From: an uncultured archaeon
GTDB lineage: Archaea; Iainarchaeota; Iainarchaeia; Iainarchaeales; JAAZKV01
Direction of reading: 5' to 3'
DNA: 64,000 nt
Assembly (NCBI GenBank): GCA_964534045.1
Contig: CAZHNO010000001.1
Span: forward strand, 129,786-193,785
Within the stretch, counting starts at the first letter, position 1. Each line of letters starts with the position of its first letter. Both the position numbers and the translations under genes were made by a program. The notes beneath the pieces are model-generated. The model made no database searches and was not told the origin of the DNA. It saw only the letters and a list, made by a program, of their open reading frames with translations. Positions 56,001 to 64,000 of this stretch are shown here, piece after piece.

Positions 56001-57080
56001 AATTCTGGAAATAAATATATTGCATTAGAAGCATACATAAAAGCATTAGAAAAAGCTAGTGACATTACTCAAGTGCCAACTTCAGCAACACAAATAGACA
56101 TAGTAAATTGTGCACAATACAATCCAATAAAGAAAGAACTGCTTGAAAAAATTGCTAATGGAACACCAAGAGTTGTAAAATTAATAAAAGTAGGAAAAAC
56201 AACTTATGACACTAATGAACAAAATGCAATTTATGTAAGAAACAATAATTTATTAGAAATAACTAAATTAGCACAATTCAATAAAATTTATAACAAGCCA
56301 TTATATTTAACGGCAGAAGATAAAGTAAATGATTTAGAAAGTGGTTTATTAGATAAATTTAATGCTTATCCAAAAGGATTTGAAACAACAATCAATGGAA
56401 GAACAGGACCAGCAATATACAATGCAAACATTGATGGAATAATATTAGAAATAAAAGACAAAACTGATGCAAGCATTATAGTTGAATTAAGTGATAAAAA
56501 TGAATACAAAAAATCATCAAACAATATACTATTGACAAAAGCATTTAACATTGCAGAAATAAATAAATCAAACAGCAAAGCAAACGAAGCAATAATTATT
56601 GATGAAACTGGATACTATGTAAGAACACCAGTTGTGTTAACAGCAACATTACATGCATCTGAACCAACAATAAGTTACACAAATGGAATCTCAGCAGCTG
56701 ATTCAAGTTTAATAAAATGGAACATGAGTGGAAAAATAATCTCTGATACAAAAACTGGAAATGATTATTTAGTTGATGTTGGAACAAGTTCTGTTGCAAG
56801 AACACTAAAAGGAATATATTATTATCCAGAAAATGGTGCATTAATTTTCACAACTGAAAACAAAGACGGAGTTAGAATAAATGCAGAAGCAAAAGTATTC
56901 AACTCGGGACAAAATGCTAGCACATCAACTGCAAATGTAAAAACAGATGATATTGAATTAAACTTAACAATGCCAACATTAAAAGAAATAATTGACTTAG
57001 TGAAAAAGAATGATTATGCTTGTGTTGCTGAAGAAGGAAAAAGCATTATTTGGAATGAAAATGAGATTTTGGCGAAGTGA
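50052..57080 (+). CDS. Giant membrane-anchored surface protein (~2342 aa), paralogue of 39884-48367
   Basis: Same N-terminal motif plus TM and carboxypeptidase-regulatory-like repeats (GNPIDSAEV...KDGF). Start ATG 50052 chosen by comparison with the paralogues. Confidence 0.85.
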   Translation: MVDLKGAYFSLEDKWYSFVDKVSDKLPFFGKVVDKIEEKNIPSFPVAIAIVIVLILVILFLLSGTGQALTIAIYDENGNPIDSAEVSVFLDGKLVDSRPTTTDGKVTFFLADAGYTIKIDKDGFVSITKENIRPAQYAEEFTLSKDDVALTRAISLKSATGQLVSGTGIVMYTCTDTGEQKVGNYSNGSFKADFSDCSQIRIDSISGYTIVSGIATISNTNNIVLEAIDTQTGTITVSVSGDGSLAGVRVTINGEDGTPVETKTLGEGGVITFENAPTKKYFVSVHDPNGKFKGYQGNTLGEIKELRKNETISFNLVLEKTVSATITVNVKDFDNSAPIIGAEVRLLSKSTQETIDTEITGITGQIIFNVPANSEYLVSTEHPEYIIGTSQNATSNDIINFNLIKATEANSQTLKVKVVDPQGKPIDNVKISLKKLDDIKVGDKTTGADGIAEFYNLEITSYYAYAIKEGFAGVTSNAVQVLPRRENILPIIIDIGNGEIKLSVVDEALGIMPGVNVKAINYFTKEVEEEQTTSQTGEASFTLREDKKIYFIVSAAGYPEYYTTTMNPDSDSTIERMVQLERSTDSVKVKIIGIYSGDSEIGAERIVGQGRYIVKAVVEVPKGTFSEAGFHLRTGKATENTINLMEEDLAKLGNVYSSAQTTTKGTTYSPPNNYAVDSVNLTSGTAKWIEAKWKNPQEGIYEIETELIIDDVNPNSGINLWYRAYAKGASTLRSPTNSNSGHELYASANNYLLVSGATNLCKESFCVSKEVTTQTGTNAGRVQYISNKISASKNTIYTLKANLISRKVINGAVLEIEGKGIQIQEILVNGLEKEDSTSLGTLGKDSFTEIEITFEAISSGTGSLKLKINSSSTTELEENIIVDVKANKKFNLDIIPKQIIPYVNNTMFFEVTDGNDSIKDVLIQIKSNNDVLETIETGSEGLAQYELSSPSIGDIITITASKENYDTIEITKAVDERLLIITPPEISETIKIGETASIETTIILENATAEKLLIDRFNLSGELSSYLDISLNNIEGTSIDVEKDANHILKIKPNATAKKLREPKTITGTIEIITKVDGTNQSYSSELPISVRLSMPGYLDSDKCLKITPGSLEYNTSTSEVTQSVEVENSCTAEGIKVNLFEMEAKLNEVSKFGTINVSGVGFMNTSIGDSYSKIADIFENGSKETLSIRFNPNASLSSGKQTLTMMVRAKNNTEDGEETIETKITLNISMSNLSKCIEVEEPADGIVLDVAGWNMGYNRIINSNLSSYAQTYQGFTNRGQQSMPYGMQQALPFMGKGGSEYEQDRFIIKNNCAVDVEIDLDPDSRINVNEEKFTISANSDATVTVSPGYTLGKYNVGVNAKIVDSTESHYKVDSVSVTVRRLGEIDSECIKTNVSKLTFNSFLYKAEKYKVYNYCYNSGVMLARNNAVSIQCDSPTPAQGTAVPYMQVGMEQIYANQYPITNTYQSYNSYLQPQGCGTNSCSFIAGTRTFNYRLLDQSGGVEELTFEVLPSSQYLPQRRLFDSQRNTYGFFQNLADIRQWATETDARTEVYGNLNVQYSNQYGSTQCMSFPITIEDNWRMLESIDSAINWGDPNAKPQECVGSEEKKALDIVRYWVERGNGKGAIPDSEYRENGVYLHLAEPPAVNIGPSPTNTTYYPQYSGTKGTSSAKNCGLLDSLSDLKYSTDFGGVVIGVETLKKGSLMGNTLGPNLAVSIDRTGIQYSCVYINTTVSAKLRRAINLETAEITWPLKAIVTRPGYVIPSGFKPETDCYNVGTGELDCELLARQYIKKGYKEFIKAYSQCAQSITEEYMKELAKEQTFEGACTTDSTEYGFDKINKTSAEEISTSDAKTYCQENFCNNDMLQLFLLDKYKTLKEKLNNFAGIESQVNSVESNLKLSEIYKLAPTKDLNTCEKTEKYYSGTSDVYIEVDIEKFINEKSWKDSVLNDTPTSDSRPSLVSMMTILNNLKNTDTHKEYFILYNNSGNKYIALEAYIKALEKASDITQVPTSATQIDIVNCAQYNPIKKELLEKIANGTPRVVKLIKVGKTTYDTNEQNAIYVRNNNLLEITKLAQFNKIYNKPLYLTAEDKVNDLESGLLDKFNAYPKGFETTINGRTGPAIYNANIDGIILEIKDKTDASIIVELSDKNEYKKSSNNILLTKAFNIAEINKSNSKANEAIIIDETGYYVRTPVVLTATLHASEPTISYTNGISAADSSLIKWNMSGKIISDTKTGNDYLVDVGTSSVARTLKGIYYYPENGALIFTTENKDGVRINAEAKVFNSGQNASTSTANVKTDDIELNLTMPTLKEIIDLVKKNDYACVAEEGKSIIWNENEILAK

Positions 57081-57086
57081 TGCCAA

Positions 57087-57584
57087 ATGGATCAAAAAGC
57101 ACTAGCACTTTTGCTACTATCATTAATATCACTATTACTAACTTTCGCATATACATTCCTAAATCCAATGTACAATCCATTTGGAACTAACCCATTAACA
57201 ATATTAGTAATAATTTTTTTTATTTTCGGAGCAGTTGGATTTGGTTTTTTATCATTTATTCCCCATGCAATACTTGGCTTATCACTGGGCTCACAAAAAA
57301 ACTCAATAATATTCATATACATAATTCCAATTGTTATTGCAACTTATGCAGGATTAAAATTAGGTTCAATTTTATTAGATGATTTTATGAATAAAAAATA
57401 TTTTTTAGAAGAAATCAAACCAATAATCATAATGTTTGCTATTGCAATTATTATAGCAATTTCAATAGAAGCACTAATGCCATACATAATGAATACGCAA
57501 TTTTGGCCAGAGGATTTCTTTGGAATGAAAATAACTGAAGGCGAAAATCTAGCAAATATCTTTGAACAACTAAAACAAGCATAG
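57087..57584 (+). CDS. SpoIIM-like integral membrane protein
   Basis: About 4-5 TMs with IATYAGLKLG and IAISIE segments reminiscent of the stage II sporulation protein M family. Confidence 0.5.
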   Translation: MDQKALALLLLSLISLLLTFAYTFLNPMYNPFGTNPLTILVIIFFIFGAVGFGFLSFIPHAILGLSLGSQKNSIIFIYIIPIVIATYAGLKLGSILLDDFMNKKYFLEEIKPIIIMFAIAIIIAISIEALMPYIMNTQFWPEDFFGMKITEGENLANIFEQLKQA

Positions 57585-57651
57585 TGCTTAGAAAAGTATA
57601 TAAATAACGGAAGATTAGTTATTTACAGTTATTAAGTTAAGTGATTAAAAA

Positions 57652-60600
57652 ATGGGCTTTGGGGACAAACTTAAAGATATCTACTTCGCGGGCGAAGAAA
57701 AATGGTACAATACACTTGACAAAATAGATGAGCATTTACCAATATACAAAATTGTTGATAGAGTAGATGAAATTGTTCCCAGTTTTGCATTACTAATTGT
57801 GCTTGTTATAATATTATTATTGCTGTTTGGTTTGAGTTTATTTGCAATAGGACAACAAGAAGCCGTGCTAAAAATAACAGTTGTAAATAATGATGGTGCT
57901 GGAATAAGCGGAGCAAAAGTCAGCCTTGAAGGAATTGAAGAAACTTTTTATTCAAATGATTTTGGTTTAATACAAGATATTATTGTGCCATATGGTTACA
58001 CAATAAGTGTTACTGCAGAAAAAGATGGAAAGAAAAAAACTCTCCCAGTAAAAATATCTTTTATTGAAACAAATCATGAAATAATTTTGCCAGTAGATAT
58101 TATAAGTTTTAGTTCAAAAACAGTACAATTTCTTTCAGAAGATGGAACATTAATTACTGATCCTTTAACATTAAATTATTCTTGTTCAGAAGGAACTGCT
58201 CCACAAAGCGAAACAATCTATGATGGAACAGCAAATATTTCAGTACCAGCAAATTGCGGAGCACTATCACTAACAATCACATCAACAAAATATGAAACAA
58301 AGATAACACCAATAACAAATGCTTCAACAACAATAATTCTTACAGAAACTCAACCAAAAGAAACTGGAAAGGCTTACATAACACTTGAAAGTGGCGGTGT
58401 AAAAGTAACTGAAGAAATTGAAGTAATGGCTTACAAAGCAGACATGCCTTACTTACCTGAAGAAACAGTTACTGCTGAAAATGGAATAGCAACTTTTACT
58501 ATAACAGAAGGAGATTATATTTTCAAAACAAAACAAATGCTAGGATACAAACAAGGAACAACAAGCAGAGTAAGTGTGAGTAGCACAACTGCATTAAATG
58601 AAACAATTGAATTAGAAAAAAGTATTCTTGGAAAAATTAGTGTGAAAGTAAAAAGAGGAACAATTAATTTTGAAGATGCTTTAGTAACAATAAGAAAAAC
58701 AACAGAACTAGCAAGAGATGAAACCGATTATAATGGAATAGTAGAATTTGAAGTTGCTGAACAAGGTCCATTCATAATTACTGCAACAGCAGAAGGATAT
58801 TGTGATGAATCAAAAAGTGCTAATGTTGGAGACACAGTAGAATTATCAATGAAACTAGATAATGGTTCTTGTGGAAGTGAATTAAAAGTAAAAGTTGTTG
58901 ACCAAGATAACAAACCAATACAATATGCAAGAGTAATATTATTCGGAGAAACAAGTGAAGATGCTTACAAATTAAGTTATACAGATAAAATCACTGATTA
59001 TAATGGACAAACAAGTTGGAATCCAGTGAAGTATGCAGAAGAAGGAGAAAAATACAAAGTGTTTGCTTACAAAGGAGATTATTCAGGATGGAGTGAAGCA
59101 TTTACTTTTGATGCAATACGAAGCGAAGAAGAAATTTTGATAAGAGTTGAATTACCACTTGGTTTAGTAAATGTAAATGTAAGTGATAGAGATGGTTTGC
59201 CAGTAAAGTTTGCCGAAGTGCAATTATTTGAAGCACATGGAAATAATAAAGTAACAGGAAAAAAATTAACTGAAGTAAACGGAGCAATAACATTTAGTGT
59301 AAAAGCAGGACAAAAAGTTTATGCAGTAGTACAAAGCGAAGGATATGAAAGTTATATGGCAATGCCATTAGAAGTAAAAGGAAATGGAACAATAAACTTT
59401 GATGTAACATTAGGAAAGCCACCAGCAGAAGAATTAGTTGTTAACCCACTAGGATTATTCAAAAATGATTCAAAGGTATTGAGAGCACAACCAGGAGAAG
59501 AATATTTAGCTAAATTTGAAATTATTGCTCCAATAAGATATTCAGAACTAGGATTCTTTGCAAGAGCAGGAAAAGAAAATATTACAAAAACAGAATTAGA
59601 TAAACTTTATATTAAAGAATTAATTGCACCCGGAGAAAAAGTTTATGATAATTATGAAATAGATGAAGAAACATTGTACGGAGCGACATACAATCCACCA
59701 AATGGATATAGCATAGAATCAGATTACTTGAATTTAGAAGAAAGCAAATGGGCACAAACAGTATGGACAGAAAATGGTTATGTTGTTGGAAAAATAATTG
59801 TTGGAGTAAAAATAAAAATTAGGGAAAATGCAAAACTAAATGAACAACTTGAATTAGGGTATAGAGTTTGGGGAATTGATGATGGTTATGAAAGAGACCC
59901 GGTTGATAATTTATTAGGAACAAGTCAAAGCAATTCAAACAAACAAGCGTTATATGCATCAACAAAAACAATGTATATATGGGTTGGAGTAGAGTCTTTG
60001 TGTGAAACACAAGGAGAAAATTCTTTCTGTATAACATCAACAATAACAGATGAGGATTTAATAACAACAAGCTTTGATACAACAGTTGATTTACAAAACA
60101 ATGCTGAATATGATTTAGCAATAAAAGTGTATAATAATTCTGAAAGAAATTTTGATGTATCAAAAATCAAATTTGAAAACACAGAAGAAAATTTACTATT
60201 AAAAAATTACTCAATGATAAAACCAAATGGTTCAGTATCAACAGGAACAATAAATGATTATTTAACTGATTGGATTGACACAGGAGAATACAAGAAACAC
60301 ACTGAAATACAAATAACTTCAATGAAAATAACTCCACAAAAAACAGGTTATGCCCCATTATTATTAAAATTAAGAGATACTTCAACAATACTATTTGAAA
60401 AAATATTCAATATTAATGTAACTTCTGATAAGAAAATGAATGTTCAATTCTTATATGATAATGAATATCAAGATGCTGTTCCAAAAATAATTTCAGGACA
60501 AAAACAAAACTTAACACTAAGAGTAAAAAATACTGCAAATGGTTTAGAAATAAGTGATGCTTTTGTAAAATTATATGATAGGTTCGGAACAAAACTAGCA

Positions 60601-63600
60601 GAAAAACAAACTAATTCAATTGGAATAGTAACAATAGAAATACCAGCTTCATTACCTGGAGAAAAATTAAAATTAAATGTTGAAAAAGCAGGTTATGAAA
60701 CAAAAATAATTGATTTTGCTATAAGCGAAGATGTTGTTGATGTTAGTCCTGAAACATTAAGCTTTACTGTGAATCCCCAAACACAACCAGAAGACACAAA
60801 AACTGTGAAAATAGAAAACAAAACAGGTTTTGAACTAACAATTAAAGAAATAAAATATGTTGGAAAAACAAAAGGATTATTGAGCGAAAAACAAATGGAA
60901 TCATGGTTTGATTTACAAAAGGGCGTTAAAATTGCAATGAATGACTATGAAGAAATTGATTTCAAAGTAATTTCAGCAAATGTAATACCTTCAGCAGATG
61001 ATTTAGAAGGAGTATTCCAAATTATAGTAACAAATGGTGTAAAGAGTTGGGTAAAAGAAATTGACACAAAAATTAGAGTTGGATTAGGACAAGATGTGGA
61101 TAATCCATCTTGTTTAGAATTAACACAAACTTCATGGAAGGCTTCAACACAAGGAGAAGAAATAGAATTAGCATTTGAAATTAATAATAATTGTAGAGCA
61201 GAAGGAACACCAGTAAACTTGAAAAATCTAGGAGCGAAATTAGAACCTAGTGGAAATACTGTTGGAAGCTTTTCAGCAACAACAACCGGAGCATACACTG
61301 CATTGAGCAGAGGATATACTCGTGTATTTAAAACAAGTGTTGCAGGCGAAGAAACAACACCAGTAATATTAAGATTCACTCCATATGGCGGAGCAAATGG
61401 AACAACAACTGGAACAATTACATTTGAAGCAATAAATAAAACAGATTCAACAGACCAAATAATTAGTGCAACAATAGATTATTCATTGAACATAATTGAT
61501 TCAAGTTGTTTAGTAATTGGTGCAGATTTAGTAAAGGTACCTGATGAAGGAAGTGCATCATTCAGTATTACAAACAATTGTCCTGAAAGTGCAAGCATAC
61601 AAATAGAATCATCACTAGAATTAAGTGATAAAATATTTACACTAAGTCCTAACGAATCAAAAGACACAACAATAACAAGAAACGAAGGAGACATTCCAGG
61701 AGCTTACAATAATTTAGTTTATGGAAGAATTGGAAATCAAAAACAACAACTAATAGGAAATGTAAAAGCAATACTTGACGCTGATCCAAACTCATGCTTC
61801 TCACTTTCACGATATGAATATGATGTTTATGATTCACCATACAACGAATTTGATGGAACAGACACGGGATATTTAAGAAATTCATGCACACAAAAAAATG
61901 TAACAGTAGAAGTAACAGGACAACACGACTTTGACTGGGATAAAGTATTGAGAGACATGCTTGTAGGTGCGGTTGCTGGCTTTGTAACAAGCGGAGAGTT
62001 AACACCTTGGGATGATAAATTATTCAAAATATTTGATGGAAACAAAAGCTTAAACAAAAAAAATGCTGAAGCAAAAACACTACTAAAACAAAATTTGAAT
62101 TATGATTTTGCTCAATCAAAATCAATAATGGCCGATGGAATTACATTAATTGACGGAAATATTAATGCATTGAAAGCTAAAAATGATAATTTAATAACAA
62201 AGGCAACTGCAAAGAAGAGTGAACAAGCTAGTAATGCGCCTTGCCAAGACTGCCTTGCAAAATTCATTAGTGCTTTGGAAGCTAACAATGCATACTTAGA
62301 AGACAAGTCACAAAGTGCACACAGAAGATATACTGAATTAGGAGATGAATTTGATGACAAGGTAACTGAATTACAGACTGGTCTAGAAAATTTATATTTA
62401 CAAGCAAGCAGAGACATTGATGCTGGAAAAGAAGCAAACGAGAGTCTAAAAGAAAAATATAACATTAAGAGGACTCAATTAATAAGAGATTTCAATGCTG
62501 AAGTTAACAGAATAAATAATGAAATTACAACAATGGTAAACGATATAAACAAAAGTATTGGAGTTGAATGGAAAAACAAGGTTGATACAATTGCAAATAA
62601 AACTTGTTTGACAACAACATGTAAGAATGCACAAGCTCCTGCTCAACCAACTGCAGATGAGATTTCAACAGAAATTGCAAAAGCTAATCCAAAAATTGAA
62701 AGTCCACCAAAAGCAAATGGTGCTGACAAAGTTGAAGCAACAATCGGCACAACATCAAGCAGTGGCACACCAAACCAGACATTTTCAAGTGAAGAACAAT
62801 TAAACTCTACAAAAGCAGCTGATAAACAAAAATGCGTTACAAATAGCGGAAGTTATATTGCAGATTCATATGCTGGGCTTAACAAAACTATTGAAGCAAC
62901 TTGTGCATTGCCACCTGGAAGAATAGATATTTCTGATAGTTTAAGAATTACAACAGGGGTTTGTTGTATAAATGAAACGGAGAATCAAGTTGCCACTCCT
63001 GCTAATCAAACTCCTTCTCAACGATATATTGTGGTAAAAAATGATGGGCAGTATTATAATGATCTTGTTTCAAGCAACAAGAATGATTATTATATTTATG
63101 ATACTCAAACTAAAAAATATTATATTAACCCTGATACCAGTGCACCAGTAACACGCCCAGCTACAAACCAAGATGTTTTAATAAACCAAGTTGCTCAACT
63201 GAATTCATCTGCTGGAACAGCAGGCTTCATCCTAGCAACTAACATGGCTACTGGTTCAGGAAATAGTGGTTTCAATATTAGTAATGCTTTGACTTATAAT
63301 TTAGTAAATATTGCTGCTGGAAGTATGGGCGGAAGTGCTTTAGGTGGAGCATTATTAACAGGCGCACTAAGTATATTGCAAGGACAAAATTTAGATATAT
63401 TATATAATGATACTTTTACTGTTGCCCTAGTAGAAATAATTGGTGTTTCTTTACAAAGTGAAGGCGGAGTAAGTATGAGTGTTGGGGAAACAACTTATGA
63501 TTATGATGATTATTATTCAAGCGGTTCAGCAAATCAAACTGCTACAACAACAAACACAAATTACACTACGTCCCAAACAGGATACAATTATAATGCAAGT

Positions 63601-64000
63601 GCAATGAGTGCAACAATTGGCTTAACCGAAATAAGAGAATTAACTTTCGCTGGAGGACAAACAACTGACACTCCATACAAACCATTTGAAGGAATCATTA
63701 CTGTTACAGGAGAAGAAAAAGTATATAATACTGATTACAAATATGATGACATTTTGAAAGCAGCAAAAGAAAGAGAAGAATATGAAGATGATGAGGGCAA
63801 TTGGTTTGAAGAAATAATTAATCCAACACAACCAACTCTAGCTGATATGACAACAGAAGATTTAACAGTGAGTGAAACGAGAGCTTATGAAAAGAAATTC
63901 CATGTATTATTTAATAGCTTTGAATATGTTGAATGTGGACCAAAAACTTATCCTTGTCAACCAACTCAAATAAACAATTGTACAGTTGGAAACAAAACAG
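57652..64000 (+). CDS. Giant membrane-anchored surface protein (>2116 aa, runs off the window), third paralogue; not in the ORF track
   Basis: ATG 57652 MGFGDKLKDIYFAGEEKWYNTLDKIDEHLPIYKIVDRVDEIVPSF + TM; the same frame is open wherever I sampled it, up to the window end (...PTQINNCTVGNKT). Confidence 0.88.
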   Translation, partial: MGFGDKLKDIYFAGEEKWYNTLDKIDEHLPIYKIVDRVDEIVPSFALLIVLVIILLLLFGLSLFAIGQQEAVLKITVVNNDGAGISGAKVSLEGIEETFYSNDFGLIQDIIVPYGYTISVTAEKDGKKKTLPVKISFIETNHEIILPVDIISFSSKTVQFLSEDGTLITDPLTLNYSCSEGTAPQSETIYDGTANISVPANCGALSLTITSTKYETKITPITNASTTIILTETQPKETGKAYITLESGGVKVTEEIEVMAYKADMPYLPEETVTAENGIATFTITEGDYIFKTKQMLGYKQGTTSRVSVSSTTALNETIELEKSILGKISVKVKRGTINFEDALVTIRKTTELARDETDYNGIVEFEVAEQGPFIITATAEGYCDESKSANVGDTVELSMKLDNGSCGSELKVKVVDQDNKPIQYARVILFGETSEDAYKLSYTDKITDYNGQTSWNPVKYAEEGEKYKVFAYKGDYSGWSEAFTFDAIRSEEEILIRVELPLGLVNVNVSDRDGLPVKFAEVQLFEAHGNNKVTGKKLTEVNGAITFSVKAGQKVYAVVQSEGYESYMAMPLEVKGNGTINFDVTLGKPPAEELVVNPLGLFKNDSKVLRAQPGEEYLAKFEIIAPIRYSELGFFARAGKENITKTELDKLYIKELIAPGEKVYDNYEIDEETLYGATYNPPNGYSIESDYLNLEESKWAQTVWTENGYVVGKIIVGVKIKIRENAKLNEQLELGYRVWGIDDGYERDPVDNLLGTSQSNSNKQALYASTKTMYIWVGVESLCETQGENSFCITSTITDEDLITTSFDTTVDLQNNAEYDLAIKVYNNSERNFDVSKIKFENTEENLLLKNYSMIKPNGSVSTGTINDYLTDWIDTGEYKKHTEIQITSMKITPQKTGYAPLLLKLRDTSTILFEKIFNINVTSDKKMNVQFLYDNEYQDAVPKIISGQKQNLTLRVKNTANGLEISDAFVKLYDRFGTKLAEKQTNSIGIVTIEIPASLPGEKLKLNVEKAGYETKIIDFAISEDVVDVSPETLSFTVNPQTQPEDTKTVKIENKTGFELTIKEIKYVGKTKGLLSEKQMESWFDLQKGVKIAMNDYEEIDFKVISANVIPSADDLEGVFQIIVTNGVKSWVKEIDTKIRVGLGQDVDNPSCLELTQTSWKASTQGEEIELAFEINNNCRAEGTPVNLKNLGAKLEPSGNTVGSFSATTTGAYTALSRGYTRVFKTSVAGEETTPVILRFTPYGGANGTTTGTITFEAINKTDSTDQIISATIDYSLNIIDSSCLVIGADLVKVPDEGSASFSITNNCPESASIQIESSLELSDKIFTLSPNESKDTTITRNEGDIPGAYNNLVYGRIGNQKQQLIGNVKAILDADPNSCFSLSRYEYDVYDSPYNEFDGTDTGYLRNSCTQKNVTVEVTGQHDFDWDKVLRDMLVGAVAGFVTSGELTPWDDKLFKIFDGNKSLNKKNAEAKTLLKQNLNYDFAQSKSIMADGITLIDGNINALKAKNDNLITKATAKKSEQASNAPCQDCLAKFISALEANNAYLEDKSQSAHRRYTELGDEFDDKVTELQTGLENLYLQASRDIDAGKEANESLKEKYNIKRTQLIRDFNAEVNRINNEITTMVNDINKSIGVEWKNKVDTIANKTCLTTTCKNAQAPAQPTADEISTEIAKANPKIESPPKANGADKVEATIGTTSSSGTPNQTFSSEEQLNSTKAADKQKCVTNSGSYIADSYAGLNKTIEATCALPPGRIDISDSLRITTGVCCINETENQVATPANQTPSQRYIVVKNDGQYYNDLVSSNKNDYYIYDTQTKKYYINPDTSAPVTRPATNQDVLINQVAQLNSSAGTAGFILATNMATGSGNSGFNISNALTYNLVNIAAGSMGGSALGGALLTGALSILQGQNLDILYNDTFTVALVEIIGVSLQSEGGVSMSVGETTYDYDDYYSSGSANQTATTTNTNYTTSQTGYNYNASAMSATIGLTEIRELTFAGGQTTDTPYKPFEGIITVTGEEKVYNTDYKYDDILKAAKEREEYEDDEGNWFEEIINPTQPTLADMTTEDLTVSETRAYEKKFHVLFNSFEYVECGPKTYPCQPTQINNCTVGNKT

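Noticed and set aside
57087..57584. Sporulation function
   Set aside because: The SpoIIM-like resemblance is weak, the family is widespread in non-sporulating prokaryotes and there is no sporulation context.
58728..63831. Minus-strand ORFs listed by the track in the last 6 kb
   Set aside because: All are antisense to the plus-strand giant gene starting at 57652.

Overview
AT-rich archaeal DNA: it has an archaeal/eukaryote-type ProRS, a PAC2 proteasome chaperone, class III signal peptides and an archaeosortase-like enzyme. A DPANN-type host such as Diapherotrites/Iainarchaeota is my inference only. Almost the whole window encodes cell-surface and secretion functions. There are two type IV pilus/Tad-like ATPase plus membrane-platform sets, about nine pilin-like genes (some carrying adhesin modules) and a sortase with a plausible 1477-aa substrate. 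The right half is a run of giant membrane-anchored proteins of 2729, 2827, about 2340 and over 2116 aa; the last is absent from the ORF track because it runs off the window. Three of the giants are paralogues with a shared N-terminal motif. The fourth (31324-39513) looks like a multi-effector toxin: HExxH metallopeptidase, two ADP-ribosyltransferase-like modules and a BECR-like RNase, with CxxxC motifs at several module boundaries. A 3575-bp single-transposase element with TIRs, subterminal repeats and a 9-bp target duplication sits inside the pilin cluster and carries a restriction-modification pair. I saw no RNA genes or CRISPR arrays. All domain calls come from motif reading by eye, not database searches.
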